In this document: positions 55,939 through 64,000 of the stretch, in pieces
Position numbering within the stretch: the stretch's first letter is position 1
Layout: every line of letters starts with the position of its first letter
NCBI GenBank assembly: GCA_016186795.1
Contig: JACPKY010000002.1
Span: 154,593-218,592, forward strand
Reading direction: 5' to 3'
DNA from: Candidatus Gottesmanbacteria bacterium
GTDB taxonomy: Bacteria > Patescibacteriota > Microgenomatia > 2-02-FULL-39-11
Length of the DNA stretch: 64,000 nt
Notes under the pieces: generated by a model
Seen by the model: only the letters and a program-made list of their open reading frames with translations
The model's database searches: none
Told to the model about the DNA's origin: nothing
Position numbers and translations under genes: made by a program

Positions 55939-57657
55939 TCAATATTCCTCAAGGGTTGAAGTATCACCGATAGGCATTCCCATTTCTTTTGCCTTCAAAA
56001 TTCTGCGCATGATTTTACCACTTCGCGTCTTTGGAAGCTTATCGATAAACTCGATTTCCCGAGGATACGCATGACCGGCAAGATGCTTTTTGACATGTTG
56101 AGAAAGTTCTTCTTTTAAAAGATCAGAAGGGGTGACGTTTGGTTTGAGAACAATAAACGCTTTAATAATTTCTCCACGAACTTCATCGGGCTTCCCGATT
56201 ACTCCTGCTTCAACGACAGCAGGGTGTTCAACGAGTGCTGATTCAACTTCAAATGGCCCCACTCGTTCACCAGATGTTTTAATAACATCATCAGCCCTTC
56301 CAACAAACCAAAAGTAACCATCAGCATCTTTCCAGCCACGATCACCTGAAATATACCAGCCATTCACAAAATATGATTTATATTTTTCCTCATTGTTCCA
56401 AATTGTCTGCATCATTGAAGGCCAACCAGGAATAAGCGCTATATTCCCCTCGGTTCCTGTTGGAAGTGGATTTCCATTGTCATCAACAATTTCGGCATCA
56501 ATTCCCAAAAAAGGCCTTCCCATAGAGCCTATTTTTATGTCAGTGCAGGGAAAATTTACAAGTACCATACACCCTGTTTCTGTTTGCCACCATGTGTCGT
56601 GGAATGGGAGTCCAAACGCCTTCAATCCCCACCGTATTGCTTCTGGATTTAGAGGTTCCCCAACAGAAAGAATATGTCGTAAATTGGATAGTGAGAAGCG
56701 TTTGACAACTTCTTCACCTTTTGCCATAAGCATGCGTATTGCAGTCGGTGCTGTGTACCAGATACTCACTTTATAATCCTGAAGGATCTGATACCACTTT
56801 TCGGTATCAAATCGTCCGGAATAAACTACTTGCGTTGCACCACTACTCCAACTGCCGAGTATTTCATATGATATTCCCGTTACCCAACCAGGATCGGCAG
56901 TACACCAGTAAATATCATCTTTGTGAATATCCAAAACAAACTTAGCTGTTAAATGTTGGGAGAGTATTGCGTAGTGCTTGTGAACCACTCCTTTCGGTTT
57001 TCCTGTTGTACCAGATGTGTAGAGCATGAAAGCATAGTCATCTTTTTCCATGTGCTCTATTTCAAGTGAGTTTTCCTGCGATGTGAGTTGGGCGCTAAAA
57101 TTTGGATCATCAACGACCAACACATCGGAAAGATTTGGGAGTTTACCGCGAATTTTCTCTATTCGCGTCGACAAATCTTTATTTGTTACTAAAATTTTCG
57201 CTCCACTATTTTCCAGCCGATCAAAGAGAGCTTGTTCCTGGAATGCAGAAAAGAGTGTTCCTGCAATTGCTCCAATTTTTAAAGTTCCCAAAAATGAGAT
57301 ATACAATAGGGGAACGCGAGGAAGGAAGATAAATACCCGATCGCCCCTGCGCACGCCTTTTTTTTTCAACAAATTTCCAAATTGGTTCGAGCGATGTGCG
57401 ATGTCTCGGTAGGTAAATATTTCTTTTTCGCCGTTATCGCCTTCCCAATAAAGGGCAACCTTACTTGCAAGATCGGTATTCAAATGACGATCAACAGCAA
57501 TATAGGCGGCATTTAACTTTCCATCAGGGAAAAACGCTATTTCTTTGTCTGCTACATCATCCCAAGAAAAGCTTTTTCGAGTGTCTTCGTAGTTATTTAG
57601 GTTTGGGGCAGTACGGAAAGTAGATGGGTCTTTATGGAAGATTTGAGGTGCTTCCAT
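55939..57657 (-). CDS. AMP-forming acyl/acetyl-CoA synthetase
   Basis: AMP-binding motif YTSGTTGKPKGV and C-terminal KLPKTRSGKIMRR. Confidence 0.8.
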   Translation of the reverse strand: MEAPQIFHKDPSTFRTAPNLNNYEDTRKSFSWDDVADKEIAFFPDGKLNAAYIAVDRHLNTDLASKVALYWEGDNGEKEIFTYRDIAHRSNQFGNLLKKKGVRRGDRVFIFLPRVPLLYISFLGTLKIGAIAGTLFSAFQEQALFDRLENSGAKILVTNKDLSTRIEKIRGKLPNLSDVLVVDDPNFSAQLTSQENSLEIEHMEKDDYAFMLYTSGTTGKPKGVVHKHYAILSQHLTAKFVLDIHKDDIYWCTADPGWVTGISYEILGSWSSGATQVVYSGRFDTEKWYQILQDYKVSIWYTAPTAIRMLMAKGEEVVKRFSLSNLRHILSVGEPLNPEAIRWGLKAFGLPFHDTWWQTETGCMVLVNFPCTDIKIGSMGRPFLGIDAEIVDDNGNPLPTGTEGNIALIPGWPSMMQTIWNNEEKYKSYFVNGWYISGDRGWKDADGYFWFVGRADDVIKTSGERVGPFEVESALVEHPAVVEAGVIGKPDEVRGEIIKAFIVLKPNVTPSDLLKEELSQHVKKHLAGHAYPREIEFIDKLPKTRSGKIMRRILKAKEMGMPIGDTSTLEEY

Positions 57658-57660
57658 ATG

Positions 57661-58767
57661 TCACGATTTTTTCCTCAGCGAAAATTTCTTGTCAAGCTGG
57701 GCAATTCTTTCAACGACCCCTGTATATTCCAATTCTTCCATCGGAGCCATCGCTGCACCAAAAAAACCCTGTTCTCGAATAGCATATGTTTTTTCTGAAG
57801 CTTTCATCCGAATCATATCCCAGAATGGTTGCTCAAAAAGATCAATTGCCTCGGTAAACTTCCCGTTATGAACACAAATACCGGCAGCAGTTACAATTGC
57901 GGGTCCATCAAAAAATGAGATCATTGCTCCTAATTTGCATGGCATAAGTGCGACAACATGACTTCCTCGATTATCGCCTACGACATAGTGAGCAGTGGCA
58001 TAGGGTGACAGAATTTCTCCCGTTGAAGGAAATTGTTTCTGGCTCCGAACCAACGCGACTGGATCGTCTTTCCCCGTATACTTACCCGCGATATTATGGA
58101 GTCGCGAAGTTGAAACTGCCGCTGCTTGCTCGCCGGTATCGCGGCTTTTGATTGATTCGATAACATAATGTTCTGGATCCCTCAGAAGGACTGCTAAATC
58201 ATAGGCTTCCTCTGGTACATTGAGTTTTATAATTCTATCGCCCTCAGTATAATTTACATCCATTACCGTAAACTCAAACCCCTTCGCAATATCGCTCGAT
58301 AGAAGAAGCCCGGCATTATGAAATGGATCAGCAAATCCTCGATAGAGGGGATAGTTAAACGCTCCTGGATCGGTTTTGTCTGCTGCAAAAAGAATAAAGG
58401 GTTCCGCAGGTCTTTCTTCAAATTCCATCTCGCACGATCCTGGCCCCATACCTCTGACATTTCCTGAAAATGCATCTTTAAGAAGATCCTGACCAGCGCC
58501 GTAAAGACCCTGCTCTTTGGCAACAGCTGTTCCGGCAACAAATGCATCCCACGCTAGTTTATGGATATCTTGGCTATCAACTCCCTGTGTGTGCGTCATA
58601 AGAATCGCGGTATCATCGCCTGTGTGAAAGATTTTATAATCAATAAGGAGTCTTTTTCCTTCCGTTTTGACATGATTCTCAATGGCGATAACGAGTTCTT
58701 TACTTGGAGTTTCATGTCCCCCAACTGAACCAACATCAGCTTTAATGACAGAGAGTGTAATTTTCAT
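57661..58767 (-). CDS. fbp: Fructose-1,6-bisphosphate aldolase/phosphatase (class V FBPase, archaeal-type bifunctional enzyme)
   Basis: N-terminal MKITLSVIKADVGSVGGH. Blocks ILMTHTQG, AWDAFVAG...GLYGAGQDLL, FSGNVRGMGPG. 368 aa. Confidence 0.7.
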   Translation of the reverse strand: MKITLSVIKADVGSVGGHETPSKELVIAIENHVKTEGKRLLIDYKIFHTGDDTAILMTHTQGVDSQDIHKLAWDAFVAGTAVAKEQGLYGAGQDLLKDAFSGNVRGMGPGSCEMEFEERPAEPFILFAADKTDPGAFNYPLYRGFADPFHNAGLLLSSDIAKGFEFTVMDVNYTEGDRIIKLNVPEEAYDLAVLLRDPEHYVIESIKSRDTGEQAAAVSTSRLHNIAGKYTGKDDPVALVRSQKQFPSTGEILSPYATAHYVVGDNRGSHVVALMPCKLGAMISFFDGPAIVTAAGICVHNGKFTEAIDLFEQPFWDMIRMKASEKTYAIREQGFFGAAMAPMEELEYTGVVERIAQLDKKFSLRKKS

Positions 58768-58822
58768 AATAGATCTCCTTTCATTTTAGTGTAAATGAAA
58801 GTCAAGGAAATTGCTAGTAACG

Positions 58823-60064
58823 TTATTTCTGTAACTTTGTATATATATGGAAAAGGCGATTATACTTCGCAACTCTTTCTCCTCGCGCGGGAGCTCCAAA
58901 CTTCACAAAATCTGCTCCGGTCCCAACGGCCAAATCCGCTATAAAATCATCGGTGGTTTCACCAGACCTGTGAGAAATGATAACTCGAAATCCTGCTTGT
59001 TTTGCAATTCGAATAACCTCATACGTCTCAGTGAGAGTACCAACTTGATTCACCTTCACAAGTATTGCGGTGCAACTACGCGACTGTATTGCCTTTTCTA
59101 ATCGCTCTTTATTTGTCACTAGCAAATCATCTCCAACAATCATACAGGAGTTTCCAACCCTTTGGGTAAGTTTTGCCCAATCAGTCCATGCATCTTCCGC
59201 TAGTCCATCTTCGAGAGATACGATATGAAACTCTTTTATTATTTTTTCAAGATATTGGATATACAAAGATGCATCTGAAGAATCTTTGAAATCGATGAGT
59301 TTATACCGACCTTGTTTAAAATATGTTGTCGCAGCACAGTCAAGACCGATATGAAAGGAGTTTTGGTAGGGGGCGATACTTGAAGAAAGAAACTTAAGAA
59401 CTTCATTGTTTGTATAAAATTGCGGAGTAAATCCGCCTTCATCTCCAACTGATGTCATTTTCCTGTTCTCATGAAGCTTTTTCTTAATTGAATGATATAA
59501 CTCCACACCCATCTGCAGTTTTTGCATAAAAGGCAATGTGTAATGGGGAATAATGAGGAATTCTTGCATGTCAATTGTACCACTTCCATGGAGTCCGCCG
59601 TTGATTACGTTAAACATTGGCGTGACGTTTGAACTTTTCGGGTCAAATCGAAACTCGGAAGCAATATGCACATAGAGTGGAATGCCGCCTTCTTGTGCAC
59701 TGAGTCTTGCGTACGATAATGAAATCCCCAATATACTATTTGCACCTAGTACTCCTTTATTCCTCGTTCCGTCAAGAGAAATAAGAAGGTCGTCAAGCCC
59801 CTTCTGATTTCCCAATTCAAACCCAATAAGTTTCGGTTTTATAATAGTTTCAATAAGTTGAATCGCCTTTAAAACTCCTAAACCTCCAAAACGCATTTCA
59901 TCGCCATCTCGAATTTCGAGCGCTTCATGACTTCCTTTTGAAGCTCCTGATGGAACAGATGCACGGGCACTTATTCCAGAACTTGAGGTCATTTCAACTT
60001 CAATAGTCGGATTTCCTCGGCTATCAAGGATTTCAAAGGGTGTAATATCAGCAATTTTAGACAT
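58823..60064 (-). CDS. eno: Enolase
   Basis: ILDSRGNPTIEVE N-terminus and SHRSGETTD catalytic motif. Confidence 0.9.
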   Translation of the reverse strand: MSKIADITPFEILDSRGNPTIEVEMTSSSGISARASVPSGASKGSHEALEIRDGDEMRFGGLGVLKAIQLIETIIKPKLIGFELGNQKGLDDLLISLDGTRNKGVLGANSILGISLSYARLSAQEGGIPLYVHIASEFRFDPKSSNVTPMFNVINGGLHGSGTIDMQEFLIIPHYTLPFMQKLQMGVELYHSIKKKLHENRKMTSVGDEGGFTPQFYTNNEVLKFLSSSIAPYQNSFHIGLDCAATTYFKQGRYKLIDFKDSSDASLYIQYLEKIIKEFHIVSLEDGLAEDAWTDWAKLTQRVGNSCMIVGDDLLVTNKERLEKAIQSRSCTAILVKVNQVGTLTETYEVIRIAKQAGFRVIISHRSGETTDDFIADLAVGTGADFVKFGAPARGERVAKYNRLFHIYTKLQK

Positions 60065-60077
60065 AGAGAAACAGTGT

Positions 60078-62402
60078 TTAATTCTTTCTTTTTCTCACTA
60101 ATTTGCTTTCCACATCAGAAATTGTTTCGCGCACACGGTTTACGGCATCACTATTCACTGACATTGACGTTACTCCCCAAGAGACAAGCTTCTCTACCAG
60201 TTCTGGATAATCAGATGGCGCTTGGCCACAAATTGAACTTGTGACACCGTATTTGAGGCAGGTTTTTATAACCCGTTCTATCGCCCACAACACTGCAGGG
60301 TTTTGCTCGTTAAACTCGGGAGCTACCTCGGTGTTATCACGGTCGGTTCCCAAAATGAGCATTGTCAGATCATTTGATCCAATCGATACTCCATCGATTC
60401 CTGCTTCACAGAATTTATCAAGAAGAATTACATTCGATGGTATTTCAACCATCATCCATAACTTAAAAGATGAGGAACGTGAAAGTCCGTTTGCAGCAAT
60501 AATCTTTTTTACATTGATAAGATCTTCAACCGTTCGAACAAATGGAAGCATAAGCCATAAATTCCGCAACCCGTACTTGTTGCGGACCTTTTTTATAGCC
60601 TCAAGTTCAAGTTCAAAAACCTTCGGGTCAGCGATGTAGCGGTACGCACCCCGATACCCGAGCATCGGATTTGGCTCTTCCGGTTCGAACTCCTTGCCGC
60701 CAATGAGGTTTCGGTATTCATTTGTTTTGAAATCTGTTGCGCGGTATACAACCGGCCTAGGATGAAATGCTTTACAAAACTTCACTAGATCACCCGCAAG
60801 TTTATTGATAAAAATACCTTCTTTGTGTTCTTTTATGAGCTTTTTGGGGTGAGTACCAATATCGGCAATCATAAATTCGGCTCGGAGAAGGCCAATTCCA
60901 TCGACATTCATTTTCGCAACCTCTTCTACCCGTGTGGGGGTTGCCAAATTGACGTACACTTTTGTTGCTGTTTTCAGGGTTGAGCCTCGAGTTGATGCGG
61001 TCGATGCCAGAATTTTGTTTTTTTCTGCTTGAGTTAACGCTCCTTTGTATACAGTACCTTTCGTACCATGAACAGTCACAACAGTACCGGTTGGAATAAG
61101 TTTCGTTGCTTTCAAAGCTCCAACAACTGCAGGAATTCCAAGTTCGCGACTGACAATTGCGGCATGTGATGTTCGTCCTCCCCGTTCTGTGACGATAGCA
61201 ACTGCTCGTTTCATTGCCGGAACAAAATCCGGATTTGTTTGTTCGGTAACAAGTACATCTCCTTCCTTAACTCGGTCAATTTGAGACGCATGGTAGATTA
61301 CCTTTGCAGGTCCCCAAGTAATTCCCGGAGAAGCAGGGTCTCCAGAAATAAGTACAGGAAGGGTAATTTTCGTTTCGTTCTCGGAGGGTTTTTTTGCAGA
61401 TTTCTTGATAGTCGTTATTGGGCGAGTCTGAACAATATAGATTTCGCCACCTTCAAGCGCCCACTCAATGTCTTGGGGAAAAAAATAATGCTTTTCCAAA
61501 AGTTTTCCAATTTTTGCTACTTTCAAAACATCAGCATCCGAGATTTTCTGTCGTTGACCATCTTTTTCTTTTACGGCAATAATTTTGTTTTTTCCGTTAA
61601 CTTGCATCATTGCCTTTCCCTGGGGTGAAATTTTCTTATTGAGAAGCTGGAGCTTCTTTTTTTCTACTTCAAAATGGTCAGGAGTGACTTCGCCTTGAAC
61701 GATCAATTCTCCGAGACCAAGTATTGCTTCAATCACGATACAATTTTTATCGTTGCTGATTGGATCAATGGTAAACATAACACCAGATACTTGGGAAGAA
61801 ACCATAAGTTGAACAGGTACTGCAATTCCCACTTTCATATGGTCAAAATGCTGTTCCTCCCGATAAAAAATTGCTCTGGGGGTGAAAAGCGACGCCCAGG
61901 CTTCTTGAACTTTCTTTACAACATTTGCCTCACCTGAGACATTAAGAAATGTTGCTTGTTGCCCGGCAAATGATGCATTGGGTAAATCCTCAGCAGTTGC
62001 TGATGATCGGACAGCTACATACGGATTTTGGAGGGATGTAAATAGTTTCGATCGAATAGATTCTCCTTTTGACTTGCGGGATAAATCTGCATACGATGTC
62101 ATAATCTCGCGTGCGATATCCCTTGGCATGTGCGCAGCTGAAATTATTTTCTGGATTTTAGAAGCAACCTGCGATAGATTTTTCGGGTCTTTATGATTTA
62201 AAAGTTTGAGAACATCTCGGATTTTTCGTTCAATCCCCGTATCATCAAGAAACGCTTGATAAGCGGCGGACGTAACCACAAAACCGAATGGCACTGGAAT
62301 TTTTGCATTCCACATTTCACCTAAATTCGCTCCCTTTCCCCCGACAAGCGCTACATCATCTTTGCTGATTTCGTTAAACCACGCAATATACTTTTTTTTC
62401 AT
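60078..62402 (-). CDS. ppsA: Phosphoenolpyruvate synthase (pyruvate, water dikinase)
   Basis: N-terminal ATP-grasp (GGKGANLGEM), central phospho-His domain (GGRTSHAAIVSRELGIPAVVG), C-terminal PEP-utilising TIM barrel. Confidence 0.85.
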   Translation of the reverse strand: MKKKYIAWFNEISKDDVALVGGKGANLGEMWNAKIPVPFGFVVTSAAYQAFLDDTGIERKIRDVLKLLNHKDPKNLSQVASKIQKIISAAHMPRDIAREIMTSYADLSRKSKGESIRSKLFTSLQNPYVAVRSSATAEDLPNASFAGQQATFLNVSGEANVVKKVQEAWASLFTPRAIFYREEQHFDHMKVGIAVPVQLMVSSQVSGVMFTIDPISNDKNCIVIEAILGLGELIVQGEVTPDHFEVEKKKLQLLNKKISPQGKAMMQVNGKNKIIAVKEKDGQRQKISDADVLKVAKIGKLLEKHYFFPQDIEWALEGGEIYIVQTRPITTIKKSAKKPSENETKITLPVLISGDPASPGITWGPAKVIYHASQIDRVKEGDVLVTEQTNPDFVPAMKRAVAIVTERGGRTSHAAIVSRELGIPAVVGALKATKLIPTGTVVTVHGTKGTVYKGALTQAEKNKILASTASTRGSTLKTATKVYVNLATPTRVEEVAKMNVDGIGLLRAEFMIADIGTHPKKLIKEHKEGIFINKLAGDLVKFCKAFHPRPVVYRATDFKTNEYRNLIGGKEFEPEEPNPMLGYRGAYRYIADPKVFELELEAIKKVRNKYGLRNLWLMLPFVRTVEDLINVKKIIAANGLSRSSSFKLWMMVEIPSNVILLDKFCEAGIDGVSIGSNDLTMLILGTDRDNTEVAPEFNEQNPAVLWAIERVIKTCLKYGVTSSICGQAPSDYPELVEKLVSWGVTSMSVNSDAVNRVRETISDVESKLVRKRKN

Positions 62403-62446
62403 ATGTAAGCGTTTCCTCCCTTAATTAATTTCGTTCTATATGCCCA

Positions 62447-63523
62447 TCAGTTTCGTAACGTATTTTTGAAGTAGTCAACCCAAGGAATTTGAGCGGGATC
62501 AACACCATGAAGCATGGCAAGGTAAAAGGTGATATAACTTCCAAGTTGTATAACTTCAAAAACCTGTGAAAGCGGCGTATCGAGCTTTGCAGTATACTCA
62601 ATAATTTCAATTTCCTGTTTCTTGATAACATCCTTTGTCAGACGCATGCGGACGTCAATTTCTTTTGAATACAGGCCGGAATTGAGTACAAAAAAAAGAA
62701 GCGTTTGAGGATTTGTTTGTGGGAATTTCAAACCTTCCATCAGATGGTGATTGAGCTCTGGAACAAGGTAGTAATTGGCAAAATGCTTACCGGTTTCATG
62801 GAAAGGATTGCGGATTGCATGGATAGCACCGGAAAGAAACTCACCACCGATGATGTTTACAATCTTTTTACTTAACATTTCCGCATACTGTTTTCCTTTA
62901 TTTTCCGCAACAGGTACTTTTTTTTCATATTCTTTTTGGAGCGAAAGAAGATTGTCAATCAGTTTTTTGATTTCCTGATCATCAACGGAAAGATATCCAA
63001 GTGTAGAAAGGAGAGCAATTTGACCAATCTGCATGTATCCTTGACCCAAGCGAGGTTGCATAGAGGGGTTGTAATCCTGAGAGAACGAATAAAACGGCTT
63101 CATATAAATCTTCATAAGCTCTTCGAGTTTCCCACCTGAGCTAATTCCTATTATTTTCGGCTCAAAGGGGAGCCGAAATGCTTCCTCCGCGCACGAAATT
63201 GTCTCTTGGGTATTTCCTGAGTAACTGGCGAAGATAAGAAGTGTATTTGGGTTGACATGAGCTGGTAGATGATAGTCACTGACGATATCAAGAGGAATCT
63301 TAAGGGATTTATGGTAAAGATTTTTTATGATGTGCGCACCATATGCTGATCCACCCATTCCACAAAAAACGATCGATGTTGCGTCTCGGTATGTGTCAGG
63401 TAAATCAAGTTTTTTAATATCATTCCAGGCTGTTTGGCACTGTTGTGGGAGAAAGTGAATAGAATCGTAGGAATGTCCCTGGTCGTAAATTGAGTAAATT
63501 TTAAGGTCATTCAACTGGTCCAT
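62447..63523 (-). CDS. SIS-domain bifunctional phosphoglucose/phosphomannose isomerase (archaeal-type PGI/PMI)
   Basis: SIS motif IVFCGMGGSAYGAHI and second SIS half (LLIFASYSGNTQET). 358 aa. Confidence 0.6.
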   Translation of the reverse strand: MDQLNDLKIYSIYDQGHSYDSIHFLPQQCQTAWNDIKKLDLPDTYRDATSIVFCGMGGSAYGAHIIKNLYHKSLKIPLDIVSDYHLPAHVNPNTLLIFASYSGNTQETISCAEEAFRLPFEPKIIGISSGGKLEELMKIYMKPFYSFSQDYNPSMQPRLGQGYMQIGQIALLSTLGYLSVDDQEIKKLIDNLLSLQKEYEKKVPVAENKGKQYAEMLSKKIVNIIGGEFLSGAIHAIRNPFHETGKHFANYYLVPELNHHLMEGLKFPQTNPQTLLFFVLNSGLYSKEIDVRMRLTKDVIKKQEIEIIEYTAKLDTPLSQVFEVIQLGSYITFYLAMLHGVDPAQIPWVDYFKNTLRN

Positions 63524-63531
63524 AATAACTC

Positions 63532-64000
63532 CTATACTTTACTTCCTCCAAAAGACTTAATCAATTCCTCAATTTTATTCATTTGTACTCGGAGAATATC
63601 TTTAGTGTTGGCTTCGAGGTTTACTCGAAGATATGGCTCCGTTTTTGATACCCGCATATTTACCCACCAATTCGGATACCAGAGGGACAGCCCATCAAGG
63701 TGGTCAGTTTTTCCATCATGGAATATTTTTTCGAGTCTTTCCAGAATTGACGTGGCTTCGGTTGTACGAAAATTTACTTCACCACTTTGAAAATAGATTT
63801 GAGTCTCAGATACAATACTTGAGAGCTTTTTCTCACCTTCGGATAGAAACTGTAAAAAGGCAAGACCGGCAATGGTAGAACTATCAGCATAATAATTTTC
63901 CCGGAAATAAAAATGTCCGGAATGTTCCCCCGCAAAGAGAGCATTTTCTTTTTTCATATATTCTTTGATAAATGAATGGCCCACACGAACTCGAATTGGA
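63532..64000 (-). CDS. Phosphomannomutase/phosphoglucomutase, C-terminal part. N-terminus lies beyond the window end.
   Basis: GEHSGHFYF motif of alpha-D-phosphohexomutase domain IV. ORF remains open to the window edge. Confidence 0.7.
   Translation of the reverse strand, partial: PIRVRVGHSFIKEYMKKENALFAGEHSGHFYFRENYYADSSTIAGLAFLQFLSEGEKKLSSIVSETQIYFQSGEVNFRTTEATSILERLEKIFHDGKTDHLDGLSLWYPNWWVNMRVSKTEPYLRVNLEANTKDILRVQMNKIEELIKSFGGSKV

Noticed and set aside
1-64000. rRNA genes or large structured ncRNAs (RNase P, tmRNA, SRP)
   Set aside because: No stretch resembling 16S/23S/5S or these ncRNAs was recognised by eye. Intergenic space is almost fully used by the features listed.

Overview
This AT-rich, gene-dense bacterial window is almost entirely conserved housekeeping genes. 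Short proteins, abundant ArnT/PMT-like glycosyltransferases and tRNA genes that mostly lack an encoded CCA suggest a small-genome, possibly CPR-like lineage, but that placement is inference.

Order of content:
- A 5'-truncated PBP1A-type penicillin-binding protein at the window start.
- The conserved thrS-infC-rpmI-rplT ... pheS-pheT translation cluster on the minus strand. It is interrupted by a complete shikimate / phenylalanine-branch operon: DAHP synthase, pheA, chorismate mutase, a truncated tyrA-like remnant, aroB, aroQ, aroA, aroK, aroE, aroC and an aminotransferase.
- tig, nth, and two paralogous secreted proteins.
- efp plus an epmA-like gene, alr, and a GNAT acetyltransferase.
- A small plus-strand accessory module (ParB-like nuclease-domain protein plus a SEC-C zinc-finger protein). 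It sits next to a tRNA-Lys gene embedded inside a split second tRNA-like sequence.
- lepA, glycosyltransferases and a GH5-like hydrolase.
- A tRNA-rich region with duplicated leaders and partial tRNA duplications.
- CYTH-thyA-folA.
- A ferric-reductase-like (MsrQ/YedZ-type) membrane protein with a cupredoxin.
- uvrC-uvrA-uvrB, divergently transcribed from lexA.
- A glycolysis/gluconeogenesis cluster: pgk, gap, gpmA, acs, an archaeal-type FBP aldolase/phosphatase, eno, ppsA, pgi/pmi, and a partial pgm.

I found 18 tRNA genes. I found no rRNA gene, CRISPR array, transposase or integrase.

The most unusual loci are the ParB-like/SEC-C pair with the adjacent nested split tRNA, and the repeat-decorated tRNA-Gly and tRNA-Phe loci.
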